The notes under the pieces: model-generated
Databases searched by the model: none
Seen by the model: only the letters and a program-made list of their open reading frames with translations
Told to the model about the DNA's origin: nothing
Program-made: the position numbers and the translations under genes
Shown here: positions 1 to 8,912 of the stretch, in pieces
Layout: every line of letters starts with the position of its first letter
Numbering within the stretch: the stretch's first letter is position 1
Source: an uncultured Bdellovibrionales bacterium
Lineage (GTDB): Bacteria > Bdellovibrionota_C > UBA2361 > SZUA-149 > CAZDWZ01
Reading direction: 5' to 3'
DNA: 64,000 bases
Assembly (NCBI GenBank): GCA_964405665.1
Contig: CAYOOT010000004.1
Location: 8,053 to 72,052 of the forward strand

Positions 1-525
1 GCCATCGATCTCTTTTGAACCCAAAGAAGCAGCAGCATCAATCAGAACGGGAACTCCTGTTTTTTCTGATAGTTGCTCATACCAAGAAAGATCCAAATTT
101 GTCCCAAAAGTCGCATAAGGCATTATCAATGCCACTTCATCGCCATGCTTTTTAAGTAAGCTTTTAATCTGTTGCTTATCCATAGTCCAATCTTTTGGGT
201 CAACATCACAGAATAAGGGATTTAAACCATTCCAAGAGGCGGCATGTGCAGTCGCGGCAAAAGTAAATGATGGCATCAGACAAAGTGAGCCTTGACGCTT
301 ACTTTGCTCCAATAAAAGTCTAATGGCCACAATCAAACCCAAAGTGGCATTGCAGACTGTTAAACAAGTTTGCCCAGGACTTTCAAATAATGACGCAAAT
401 TCTGCTTCGAGCTGAGAATTTTTCGGACCATAGTTTGTAAATAAGCCGGAAAGTTCAATTTCTGTGAGCAGGTCTCTTGATTCTGATAATTTGGGAGAAT
501 TGGGAATGAGAAAAGGATATTTCAT
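1..525 (-). CDS. DegT/DnrJ/EryC1/StrS-family PLP-dependent aminotransferase, N-terminal part (gene continues beyond window start)
   Basis: Reverse-strand translation from ATG at 523-525 gives MKYPFLIPNSPKL...GVPVLIDAAASLGSKEIDG. Overall similarity to sugar aminotransferases of the DegT family; the ORF runs off the window edge. Confidence 0.5.
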   Translation of the reverse strand, partial: MKYPFLIPNSPKLSESRDLLTEIELSGLFTNYGPKNSQLEAEFASLFESPGQTCLTVCNATLGLIVAIRLLLEQSKRQGSLCLMPSFTFAATAHAASWNGLNPLFCDVDPKDWTMDKQQIKSLLKKHGDEVALIMPYATFGTNLDLSWYEQLSEKTGVPVLIDAAASLGSKEIDG

Positions 526-1010
526 GTCTACTCATCTTTTACTGTAATTATCAAGGACTACTAGCAAATACGTCTTTTTTTGGGAAAATCTTTAATAATT
601 TTAGCATTAAACTAAGACTTTGGTTTTTTTCAATAAATATTAAATTTGGCAGTACCTAGGAAATAATAAAGCTATCTAATAAAGTTTCTAGCAATTTATC
701 TGCTACATTAAAATTTTCATTTTTTCATACAAACATATTTTACTTCTTGTACCCAAGGGCCGGACATTTTCCTTAATTCGGCAAAGTTCTCTAAGATCTG
801 AGATATCTTCTGCAAGAAATTCCTGGATCTTTAATTAAAAACTCTTTTTTACAAATTTTGATCTGTCTAAATTATAGACACATTTGCATTAAATACTTAT
901 CTTTAAAGATAGATATTTAGGTCAAATGAGGATAAGGGAACACCAAGGGCACAAAGTTGAGTTTATTTAGAGGCCATTATATATATTTTAAGGAAATCTC
1001 ACGAGGGTAT

Positions 1011-2081
1011 ATGAAAAAAATTAGCCTAATTATTCTTTTTTCTTTTATTCTAATCAGCAATGCTTTTGCCGATGATCAATTTAAAATTGGTGTGTCGCTT
1101 GCTCTGACAGGAGAAGGAGCAAACGCAGGCAATGCTTGTAAAAATGGAATTACTCTTGCTTTGGAACATCTTCCGCAAGATCTAAGAAATAAAATTTCCG
1201 TAGAATTAGAAGACGATGGGATGGTTCCAAAAAATACAGTCAGTGTTTTTAATAAATTCGTTGATCTTTCTAAAATCAACGCCATGATATCTTTTACCTC
1301 CGGTTGTTCTAATTCTGTCGCCGCTCTTGCTGAAAAAAAGCAAATTCCCTTATTAGCCATAGCAACGGATCCGAAAGTGGTACAAGATAAAAAATTCGTT
1401 TTTAATATCTGGGTTACTCCGGAAACTGAATCAAAATTACTTGCCGAAGAAATTATCAAAAGAAAATACAAAAAAATAGCAAAAATTACGGCAATCCACG
1501 ATATGTATATTGCTGTCAACAAAACTTTGGACCAAACATTAGGCGATAAAGTTCAAACTGTTCTTAATGAAGAATATTCCTCTGATGCCAAAGATTTTAA
1601 ACCTTTTTTAACAAAGCTAAAATCATACAAGGATGTGGATGCAGTTTTTGTCGGTCTTTGGTTCGGTCAGGTAGGAATCTTTGCCAAACAAGCAAAAGAA
1701 CTGGGGATCAAGCTTCCTCTTTTTGGTTACGAATTATTTGAAGATCCTAATGAGGTCAAACTTTCTCAAGGGGGTTTGCTCGGTCAGTTTTATGTAAATA
1801 CTGATGATCCGGTAGATTCTTTTATGAAAGAATATAATACCCGTTTCCCCAATGCCGCAGGTTTAGGTTCGGCAAATTGTCATGATGCCATAATTTTATT
1901 TGCTAATGCCTATAAAAAAAATAATAGTAACAGCCCCGAAGGAATAGTTGAATATTTAGAGAATTTAAGAGATTTTTCCGGAGCTTTGGGGCTTTATTCC
2001 AGCACCGGGGATCATCGCTTCAGTATACCGGCAACGATGAAAGTTGTTACAAAAAATGGCTTCGAAAAGCTAAATAAATAA
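1011..2081 (+). CDS. Periplasmic substrate-binding protein, type I PBP (Leu/Ile/Val-binding-like, Peripla_BP_6) of an ABC transporter
   Basis: ORF 957..2081. Likely true start is MKKISLIILFSFILISNAFA (signal peptide) with GAGGG upstream. GVSLALTGEGANAGNACKNG motif typical of LivK-like binding proteins. Confidence 0.6.
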   Translation: MKKISLIILFSFILISNAFADDQFKIGVSLALTGEGANAGNACKNGITLALEHLPQDLRNKISVELEDDGMVPKNTVSVFNKFVDLSKINAMISFTSGCSNSVAALAEKKQIPLLAIATDPKVVQDKKFVFNIWVTPETESKLLAEEIIKRKYKKIAKITAIHDMYIAVNKTLDQTLGDKVQTVLNEEYSSDAKDFKPFLTKLKSYKDVDAVFVGLWFGQVGIFAKQAKELGIKLPLFGYELFEDPNEVKLSQGGLLGQFYVNTDDPVDSFMKEYNTRFPNAAGLGSANCHDAIILFANAYKKNNSNSPEGIVEYLENLRDFSGALGLYSSTGDHRFSIPATMKVVTKNGFEKLNK

Positions 2082-2090
2082 GGATCTAAG

Positions 2091-4046
2091 ATGTTAGAAA
2101 AAAACTTCAGTGAATTGTCGGAACATTGTTATCAAATTAGAACAAAAGCCCCCGGTAACCTTGGAGTACTTCCTTTGACCAAAGAAATGTTACTCCATAG
2201 CCCCAGCGGAGATGTTTTTGGTTACAGCCAAAATGCCGGAATGGGTTGGGACCCCCAAGCAATGCTGGGAGATCAGGTTTTAATTCTTAGCACCTCGGGA
2301 GGATTGCGGGCTGATGATGGAACTCCCATTGCTCTAGGAATGCATACCGGGCATTGGGAGCTAAATTTGCTGGTTAAAGAAGCGGCCCTAACTTGTAAAG
2401 AAATGGGGCAAGTTCCTTTTTCTGCTTTTTGTTCTGATCCTTGCGATGGAAGGACACAAGGCACAGATGGAATGATGGATTCTCTGCCTTATAGAAATAG
2501 CGCGGCAGAAGCTTTTGGAAGATTAATCAGATCGCTACCAACGAGAAAAGGAATAATCGGCATTGCCACTTGCGATAAGGGGCTCCCGGCAATGATGATG
2601 GCCCTTGCCGAAGCCCACAAGTTTCCAGGAATTTTAATTCCCGGCGGAGTAACTCTTCCTCCAGTTAGCGGAGAAGATGCCGGAGCGATTCAATCCATTG
2701 GAGTAAGATTTGCTCATAATGAAATTACGCTGGAAGATGCCGCAACTTTAGGCTGCACGGCTTGTGCTACTGCAGGAGGAGGCTGTCAATTTTTAGGAAC
2801 TGCCGCTTCTTCCCAAGTTATTGCGGAAGCCTTGGGAATATGCCTTCCCCACTCGGCTTTAGTTCCATCGGGTGAAAATATTTGGTTCGAACTGGCACGA
2901 CAATCAGCCGCTGCTTTAAGAAATTTAATTAAAAATAAAATTCCTTTAAATAAAATTTTAACGCACGGTGCTTTTAAAAATGCAATGGTTGTACATGCTG
3001 CATTTGGCGCCAGCACTAATTTACTTTTACATCTTCCGGCTATTGCTTATAACGTGGAAGTTCCTCGACCCACCGTTGAAGATTGGAATAAAATTAATCA
3101 AAAAACTCCGCGCTTAGTTGACGTTCTACCTAACGGTCCAAGGAATTTTAAAACAGTGCAATTATATTTAGCAGGCGGTGTTCCGGAAGTGATGCTGCAT
3201 TTAAGAGATTTAGGACTTTTAGATTTAAATGTTTTGACAGTTAGTGGTTGTTCTCTTGGTGAAAACTTAAATACTTGGGAAAAATCAGAAAGACGCAAGC
3301 GTTTTCAAGAGATTTTAAAAAGAGAGGATAATGTTGAATATACCGAGGTAATCATGTCCCCGGAAATGGCCAAAACCAAGGGACTTGCCCGTACAGCAAT
3401 TTTTCCTCTGGGAAACATCGCCCCTGAAGGTTCCGTAGTAAAATCCACATCGATTGATAATAGTCTTTGCCCGGAAAACTGTTACCATCATGTTGGTCGA
3501 GCAAGAGTATTCGTTACAGAAGATGCAGCTATTGCAGCCATCAAAAGTAGCGGCGAAAAACAACTGCTTCCCGGAGATATTGTTGTATTAATTTGCCGCG
3601 GCCCGCTAGGTGCGGGCATGCCTGAAACTGCCCAAATTACCATTGCTTTAAAATATACTAAAGCCTTAAAACACATGGCTTTGATCACCGACGGACGTTT
3701 CTCCGGTTTTTCCAGCGGTCCTTGTATTGGCCATGTCGGCCCGGAAGCTTTAGCTGATGGACCGATTGGTAAAATTCTCGATGGAGATATTATTGAAATC
3801 AATATCGACAGAAACAAAATGCAGGGGAGCATTAATCTTATCGGCAGCAAAGATTGTCCTAATGAAAAACTTTCCGTGGAAAATGGAAATGAAATTTTAA
3901 AAAGAAGATCCTTGCGCAGCGATTTAAAAGCAAACTCTGAGCTACCAAAAGCAACAAAACTCTGGGCTGCTCTCCAACAAACTGGAGGAGGAACTTGGGG
4001 TGGTTGTGTTTATGATGTTGATAAAATTATTGAGAAGTTGAAGTAA
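2091..4046 (+). CDS. IlvD/EDD-family dehydratase, YjhG/YagF (D-xylonate dehydratase)-like, 651 aa
   Basis: Family motifs CDKGLPAMMMALAE, SDPCDGR, ITDGRFSG. Length and N-terminus (LPLTKEMLLHSPSGDVFGYSQNAGMGWD) resemble YjhG/YagF-type sugar-acid dehydratases rather than canonical IlvD. Confidence 0.7.
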   Translation: MLEKNFSELSEHCYQIRTKAPGNLGVLPLTKEMLLHSPSGDVFGYSQNAGMGWDPQAMLGDQVLILSTSGGLRADDGTPIALGMHTGHWELNLLVKEAALTCKEMGQVPFSAFCSDPCDGRTQGTDGMMDSLPYRNSAAEAFGRLIRSLPTRKGIIGIATCDKGLPAMMMALAEAHKFPGILIPGGVTLPPVSGEDAGAIQSIGVRFAHNEITLEDAATLGCTACATAGGGCQFLGTAASSQVIAEALGICLPHSALVPSGENIWFELARQSAAALRNLIKNKIPLNKILTHGAFKNAMVVHAAFGASTNLLLHLPAIAYNVEVPRPTVEDWNKINQKTPRLVDVLPNGPRNFKTVQLYLAGGVPEVMLHLRDLGLLDLNVLTVSGCSLGENLNTWEKSERRKRFQEILKREDNVEYTEVIMSPEMAKTKGLARTAIFPLGNIAPEGSVVKSTSIDNSLCPENCYHHVGRARVFVTEDAAIAAIKSSGEKQLLPGDIVVLICRGPLGAGMPETAQITIALKYTKALKHMALITDGRFSGFSSGPCIGHVGPEALADGPIGKILDGDIIEINIDRNKMQGSINLIGSKDCPNEKLSVENGNEILKRRSLRSDLKANSELPKATKLWAALQQTGGGTWGGCVYDVDKIIEKLK

Positions 4047-4092
4047 CGGCTGGCAGAGAGAAAATACTGCTGATTAAGGCTATCTGCCAAAA

Positions 4093-4171
4093 GTAGGGGC
4101 ACCCTTTATGGGTGCCCGGTTGACCAATATATTATTTTGGAATTCCGGGCACCCATAAAGGGTGCCCCTAC
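4093..4171. repeat. Palindromic MITE-like element, family A (GTAGGGGCACCCTTTATGGGTGCCCGG ... CCGGGCACCCATAAAGGGTGCCCCTAC)
   Basis: Perfect ~27-bp terminal inverted repeats. Related copies at 21473-21548, 59889-55 and a half-copy at 42123-42150. Lies between convergent genes. Confidence 0.75.
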
Positions 4172-4453
4172 TATCATGATTTCATTAGATATTTTAATTA
4201 TAAAATTAAATGAGGCACCCTGCCTTCCAGAAGGGATTATATAAAGAAAACATTCTGGGAGGCTCAATGCGTAAATACGAAAAAAATCTTAGTTCCGAAA
4301 CAACAAAAAAATTTTCCAATCTTTTAGCAAATAATTTAAACGATCAAATGGAAGCAAGCAAAATTTGTCTGCCGACAAATGCTTACAAGATCAAAGATCC
4401 TCTCAATAAATCCAAAAATATAACTATTTTCCGATTAGATATTTTTTAATCGC

Positions 4454-5311
4454 TTAACCTTCGTAAGCAACTACATGCTGCTTGGATTCTCCTAGTCCTT
4501 CAATCCCCAGTTCAACTACATCTCCAGGTTTTAAATAGAGAGGCGGTTTAAATCCTAAACCCACTCCAGCAGGAGTTCCTGTACTGATAATATCTCCAGG
4601 AAGCAAACTCATGAACTGACTGAGATAACTGACCACATAAGAAACATTAAAAATAAAATTTTTAGTGCTGCCATTTTGTTTTAAGTCGCCATTAACTTTT
4701 AGCCACATCGCCAAATCATTAACATCTTTTATTTCATCGCGTGTTGCCAGATATGGTCCCAACGGTGCAAAGGTATCGCAGCTTTTTCCTTTGACCCATT
4801 GACCGCCTCTTTCTAATTGGAATTCTCTTTCACTATAATCATTATGCAAAATAAAACCAGCCACATAATCCATTGCTTTATCCATACTGACATAGGAAAC
4901 TTTTTTCTCAATCACTACTGCAAGCTCTACTTCCCAATCTGTTTTTTGTGAATTTTTTGGAATAACCAAATTATCGTTTGGTCCGACAATAGAAGAAGTG
5001 GCTTTAAAAAAGACCACCGGTTCTTTGGGCGGTTCTGCTCCGCTTTCTTTGGCGTGATCTTTAAAATTAAGGCCGATACAAATCAATTTACTTGGACGGC
5101 AAACTGCAGGAGCAAGGCGAACAGAATCTCCCACTTTTGCTGCAGCCGAAGCATTGGCTGCAAGCCAAGCTTTTAAGCGGCCAATTCCATTTGTTTCAAA
5201 AAATTTTTCGTTATAATCCTCCCCAAAAGCTGAAGTATCAATTTTCTGTCCATCAGCCAAAATTATTCCAGGTTTTTCTTTACCAACTTCACCGTGACGA
5301 AACAATTTCAT
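4454..5311 (-). CDS. Fumarylacetoacetate hydrolase (FAH)-family hydratase/hydrolase (2-keto-3-deoxy-sugar-acid dehydratase-like)
   Basis: 285 aa, FAH-fold C-terminal domain. Adjacent to a sugar-acid dehydratase, as in Weimberg-type pathways (XylX/KdaD are FAH family). Confidence 0.65.
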   Translation of the reverse strand: MKLFRHGEVGKEKPGIILADGQKIDTSAFGEDYNEKFFETNGIGRLKAWLAANASAAAKVGDSVRLAPAVCRPSKLICIGLNFKDHAKESGAEPPKEPVVFFKATSSIVGPNDNLVIPKNSQKTDWEVELAVVIEKKVSYVSMDKAMDYVAGFILHNDYSEREFQLERGGQWVKGKSCDTFAPLGPYLATRDEIKDVNDLAMWLKVNGDLKQNGSTKNFIFNVSYVVSYLSQFMSLLPGDIISTGTPAGVGLGFKPPLYLKPGDVVELGIEGLGESKQHVVAYEG

Positions 5312-5363
5312 AACTCACTCTCAATTAATTATTATTAAAAAATATTGAAAAAGCATCTATGTT

Positions 5364-6143
5364 TTAGCGAATATAGGACATGCCACCATCTATCGGATAA
5401 TAGCAACCTGTTAAAAAGGATGCTTCATCGGAACATAAATACAAAGCAAAGTTTGCCACTTCTTCCGGTTTTGCCATTCTGCCAATTGGAGCAGATTTAG
5501 ATAATTTTTCAAACATTTCTTGTTGATTATCCGGATAATTCTTTTTTAAATAATCATCGACAAAGGGAGTGTGCACTCTTGCCGGACAAATACAATTACA
5601 ACGAATGTGATCATTAATATAATCTTTTGCTACGGAAAGAGTCATTGTAAAAACTGCTCCTTTACTCATTGAATAAGCAAAACGATCTTGTAATCCGACA
5701 TAAGAAGCAATTGAGGCCAGATTTAAAATTACTCCGCCACCATGAGATTTCATCTTGGAAATGCCATACTTTAAACAATTATAAACTCCCTTAACATTTA
5801 CAGAAAATACCTTATCAAAATCTTCTTCGCTGGTATCTTCAGCTTTTCCGATATTGGAAATGCCGGCATTATTAACCAAAATATTTATTTTCGATGTTTT
5901 AGAACAAATTTCATCAAATACTTTTTTTACTTCAGCTTGATTACTCACATCACAACCTAGACAAAAAGCTTTTCCTCCTTTTTCTCTAATCCCCGCAGCA
6001 ACTTTTTCCCCTTCTTCTTTATTCCTTTCCACCACCACCACTTCTGCCCCATTGGTCGCAAAAACCTCAGCTATCGCTTTTCCAATCCCCGACCCCGCTC
6101 CTGTAACAACGGCAACTTTGTTATCAAGTCTAAAATTTGTCAT
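5364..6143 (-). CDS. Short-chain dehydrogenase/reductase (SDR), NAD(P)-dependent
   Basis: TGAGSGIGKAIA Rossmann motif, NNAG motif, catalytic YxxxK (YSMSK). Confidence 0.8.
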   Translation of the reverse strand: MTNFRLDNKVAVVTGAGSGIGKAIAEVFATNGAEVVVVERNKEEGEKVAAGIREKGGKAFCLGCDVSNQAEVKKVFDEICSKTSKINILVNNAGISNIGKAEDTSEEDFDKVFSVNVKGVYNCLKYGISKMKSHGGGVILNLASIASYVGLQDRFAYSMSKGAVFTMTLSVAKDYINDHIRCNCICPARVHTPFVDDYLKKNYPDNQQEMFEKLSKSAPIGRMAKPEEVANFALYLCSDEASFLTGCYYPIDGGMSYIR

Positions 6144-6350
6144 ATATCCAAATACTTAATGGTTATTAAATCGGCTTTTACTTCTACTTTATCTTTATCA
6201 AAGCATTCCACTTAATACAAACAACACAAAAAATTATCTGCAATTCTTACAGTTTTATGATTGACCAATTTGCCTATTAAGTTTATTCTCTTTAAAGTTT
6301 AAATCTAAAGATTTTTAGTACTTAAGAACCATATTAACAAGTCAGCGCTT

Positions 6351-6869
6351 ATGGAAGAAAATACTGTTAATTCCGAAAGAAGTGATAAAATCAGACCTTT
6401 TGAAAGAGAATTTACGGCAAAAGAAGTTCAATCTATTTTGCGATCTTTAACAGGGAATATTGAGAAAATCGGTCTGGCCTTATTGAATTACTATGCAAGA
6501 ACTGAACTTGTCGCTGCCAGCGGCAAAGCTAAGCATCGCGGAAGAGCAAAATATAACTATCCGGATATTGTGCTTCTTTGCTGGTTATTTAGAATGAAAA
6601 AAGAAGGATTGCCGGTTAATCGTTTTCGTCGGGGTATCGATTATTTGAGAAAGCGGATGCCGAAGCTCTATGAAAATCCCAAAGACATGATTCTTTTAAC
6701 TGATGGTAAAAATCTTTTCTTAAAACACCGCATTGAAGATAAAGATGATATCGCCGAAGCTTTAACAGGTTCAAGAGCCGGACAATATGTTTGGGCTTAT
6801 TCTATTGGTACTTTGATTGAAGAAGTAGATCGAGTGATCGAAAATCACAATCGCCGATTGGTTGCGTAA
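6351..6869 (+). CDS. Hypothetical protein (172 aa)
   Basis: ORF only; basic protein with no recognisable motifs. Its stop codon TAA lies inside the terminus of the MITE at 6868. Confidence 0.35.
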   Translation: MEENTVNSERSDKIRPFEREFTAKEVQSILRSLTGNIEKIGLALLNYYARTELVAASGKAKHRGRAKYNYPDIVLLCWLFRMKKEGLPVNRFRRGIDYLRKRMPKLYENPKDMILLTDGKNLFLKHRIEDKDDIAEALTGSRAGQYVWAYSIGTLIEEVDRVIENHNRRLVA

Positions 6870-6944
6870 TTCTCCCCTTTTTCCCACGCTGCAGATATTC
6901 TAGTACTATTTATAGTTTGATGTGGGAAAAAGGGGAGAATAATT
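6868..6944. repeat. Palindromic MITE-like element, family B (TAATTCTCCCCTTTTTCGCAC ... GTGCGAAAAAGGGGAGAATTA), copy 1 (inverted relative to copies 2 and 3)
   Basis: ~77 bp with ~20-bp terminal inverted repeats. Internal sequence is the reverse complement of the copies at 17561-17636 and 39294-39372. Confidence 0.75.
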
Positions 6945-6981
6945 TAATTATTTTTAATAGGCCCCCGAATTGAACTGCTGA

Positions 6982-8319
6982 CTAGTCAATCACATACTCT
7001 TTCAACTTATTCAACAAAGTCTTATAGCTCACTCCCAAAATTTTTGCTGCCTTAGATTTATTTCCTTTGGTCTGTTGCATAATTGTTAAAATAGCTTTTA
7101 TTTCTGCTTCTTTCGTTGCCAAAGCAGAAATATCATGAAGACTGGGTTGAAACACCTCTTCAAAGTTGGTTTTCTCTAAATTAAAAGCTTCAGGTAAAAG
7201 CTCCTTTGGAGAAAAAATCATTGCTCTTTCAATTGCATTTTCTAACTCTCGGACATTTCCGGGCCAATCATATTGCATTAAAAATTTCAGGGTTTCCTTG
7301 GAAATAATTGGCAAATCTACTTTCAATTCAGCAGCAAGAAGTTTTATGAAATAACTAAGCAATAAAGGAATATCGTCTTTTCTCTCTCTTAATGGAGGAA
7401 TTTCAAAAACCATTACACTTAAACGATAAAATAAATCTGCACGAAATTTGCCACTTTTAATGTCAGATTCTAAATTGGAATTTGTTGCGGAAATGACCCG
7501 AGAATTGATTTTTATTGTAGAATTTCCTCCCACTCTTTTTATTTCAGATTCCTGCAATGTTCTTAAAAGCTTTACCTGCAACTCCAGCGGCATGTTCCCG
7601 ATTTCATCGAGAAAAATTGAACCGTTACTGGATATTTCAAAAAGTCCAATTCTTCTTTCACTTGCTCCGGTAAATGCTCCCGGCTCATAGCCAAAAAACT
7701 CACTTTCTAAAAGATCCTTGGGAGTTGACCCACAATTAACGGCAACAAAAGCTTCTTCCGCCCTAATCCCTTGCTCATGAATAAAACGAGCAAGCATATC
7801 TTTCCCTACTCCGCTTTCTCCGAGAATCAAAACAGGAGTGCTCAGTGAAGCAACTTTTAAAGCCTGCTTCAGTATTCCCTCTAATTTATTATCTTGCGTA
7901 ATTAATCTCCTTTGCACTTTTCTTTTGCGAAGCATTAAATTTCGATCAATTACTCGATGATGCTCAATCACTTGAGCAATCATGTTGCATAAAGCCACAG
8001 GATCAAAAGGCTTAGTAACAAAATCAATTGCGCCATGCTTCATTGCTTGTACAGCAATCGGAATATCGCCATAGGCAGTCATCAAAACAATGGGCACTTT
8101 TTTATTAATCAGCTTGCTATCTTTGATAAAATCTATTCCACTTTTCTGGGGAAGTTTGAGATCGGTTAACACTAAGCTAAATTCATCGGTCTTGAATATA
8201 TCTAGCGCTTCTTCAGCAGAAGAAGTGGAAGTAACTAAATAGCCCTCAGAACTGAGAACTGTAGTGAGCACCTCTCTTAGGGAGTCAGTATCTTCGATTA
8301 AAAGGATATTATTGGACAT
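6982..8319 (-). CDS. Sigma-54-dependent two-component response regulator (NtrC/AtoC family: receiver + AAA+ sigma54-interaction + Fis-type HTH)
   Basis: Receiver LIEDTD...DLKLP. Walker A GESGVGKD, GAFTGA sigma-54 contact motif, C-terminal HTH AAKILGVSYKTLLNKLKEY. Confidence 0.85.
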   Translation of the reverse strand: MSNNILLIEDTDSLREVLTTVLSSEGYLVTSTSSAEEALDIFKTDEFSLVLTDLKLPQKSGIDFIKDSKLINKKVPIVLMTAYGDIPIAVQAMKHGAIDFVTKPFDPVALCNMIAQVIEHHRVIDRNLMLRKRKVQRRLITQDNKLEGILKQALKVASLSTPVLILGESGVGKDMLARFIHEQGIRAEEAFVAVNCGSTPKDLLESEFFGYEPGAFTGASERRIGLFEISSNGSIFLDEIGNMPLELQVKLLRTLQESEIKRVGGNSTIKINSRVISATNSNLESDIKSGKFRADLFYRLSVMVFEIPPLRERKDDIPLLLSYFIKLLAAELKVDLPIISKETLKFLMQYDWPGNVRELENAIERAMIFSPKELLPEAFNLEKTNFEEVFQPSLHDISALATKEAEIKAILTIMQQTKGNKSKAAKILGVSYKTLLNKLKEYVID

Positions 8320-8391
8320 ATCATATGTAACGACAAAAGCTCTGCAGATGTTGAGAGCTTATTTTAGCTTATAACTACTCGGAAAATTTAG

Positions 8392-8853
8392 TTATTTTAG
8401 TAATTTCGAAGCTTCTTGTAATGCTTCTTGATAGATGTTCTTTAAAGGCAAATTAAGTTTATTGGCAACTTCTTCACAACTTATATATTCTGGAGCGATA
8501 TTTAAGATTTTCCCCTGTAAATTTTTTCCCAATTTTACTTTTATCAAGCCATATTTGGTATTTACTTTAACTATTTCTCTTTGTAGTTCATAACGCGTTA
8601 CGGTCTGTCTCCTTAAACCAATTGTTGTTGTTTCTTGGAAAAAAATATCCATTAATTTTTCAACAAAATTTTCTTCACAGAGAGCATGAAGCGTATTTGC
8701 CGGACGTCCATGCTTCATAATTACAGGAGTAATCCAGGCATCTTTGGCTCCGGCAGCTAATAATTTGTTAATTGCATAAGGAAATTGCTCCGGATTCATA
8801 TCATCGATATTGCATTCTAAGAGCTCTAGAGTTATTCTATCGTAATTATTCAT
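8392..8853 (-). CDS. LarC-family (DUF111, nickel-pincer cofactor insertion protein) C-terminal-region homologue, stand-alone 153 aa
   Basis: ECNIDDMNPE...LLAAGAKDAWITPVIMKHGRPANTLHALC...FQETTTIGLRRQTVTRYELQREI resembles the middle/C-terminal part of LarC. No N-terminal part is nearby. Confidence 0.45.
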   Translation of the reverse strand: MNNYDRITLELLECNIDDMNPEQFPYAINKLLAAGAKDAWITPVIMKHGRPANTLHALCEENFVEKLMDIFFQETTTIGLRRQTVTRYELQREIVKVNTKYGLIKVKLGKNLQGKILNIAPEYISCEEVANKLNLPLKNIYQEALQEASKLLK

Positions 8854-8912
8854 TGAATAAATTTTAAAGACATTGGCATTAAATTAATTATTATATTTTT
8901 AAAAGGTTTAAG

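Noticed and set aside
1076-1522. Antisense or embedded short ORFs listed in the six-frame track (e.g. 1076..1522, 2273..2464, 2786..3016, 3488..3850, 7166..7354, 9107..9469, 12208..12420, 18304..18504, 24595..25001, 31080..31694, 53053..53721)
   Set aside because: Each lies fully inside a longer ORF that has clear homology-type motifs on the other strand or frame. None has an RBS or conserved motifs. They are treated as spurious.
4093-4171. Sigma-54 promoter-like GGCAC in the family-A repeat arms (GGCACCCTTTATGGGTGC)
   Set aside because: It lacks the TTGC -12 element at the right spacing. The motif is part of a palindrome present at gene 3' ends, so it is more consistent with a structural repeat than a promoter.
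6144-6350. Searched intergenic regions for tRNA/ncRNA genes (also 36144-36424, 47137-47327, 57432-57486)
   Set aside because: No cloverleaf-compatible sequence (no conserved GTTC-type T-loop or acceptor pairing) and no recognisable riboswitch motifs. The regions look like AT-rich promoter DNA.
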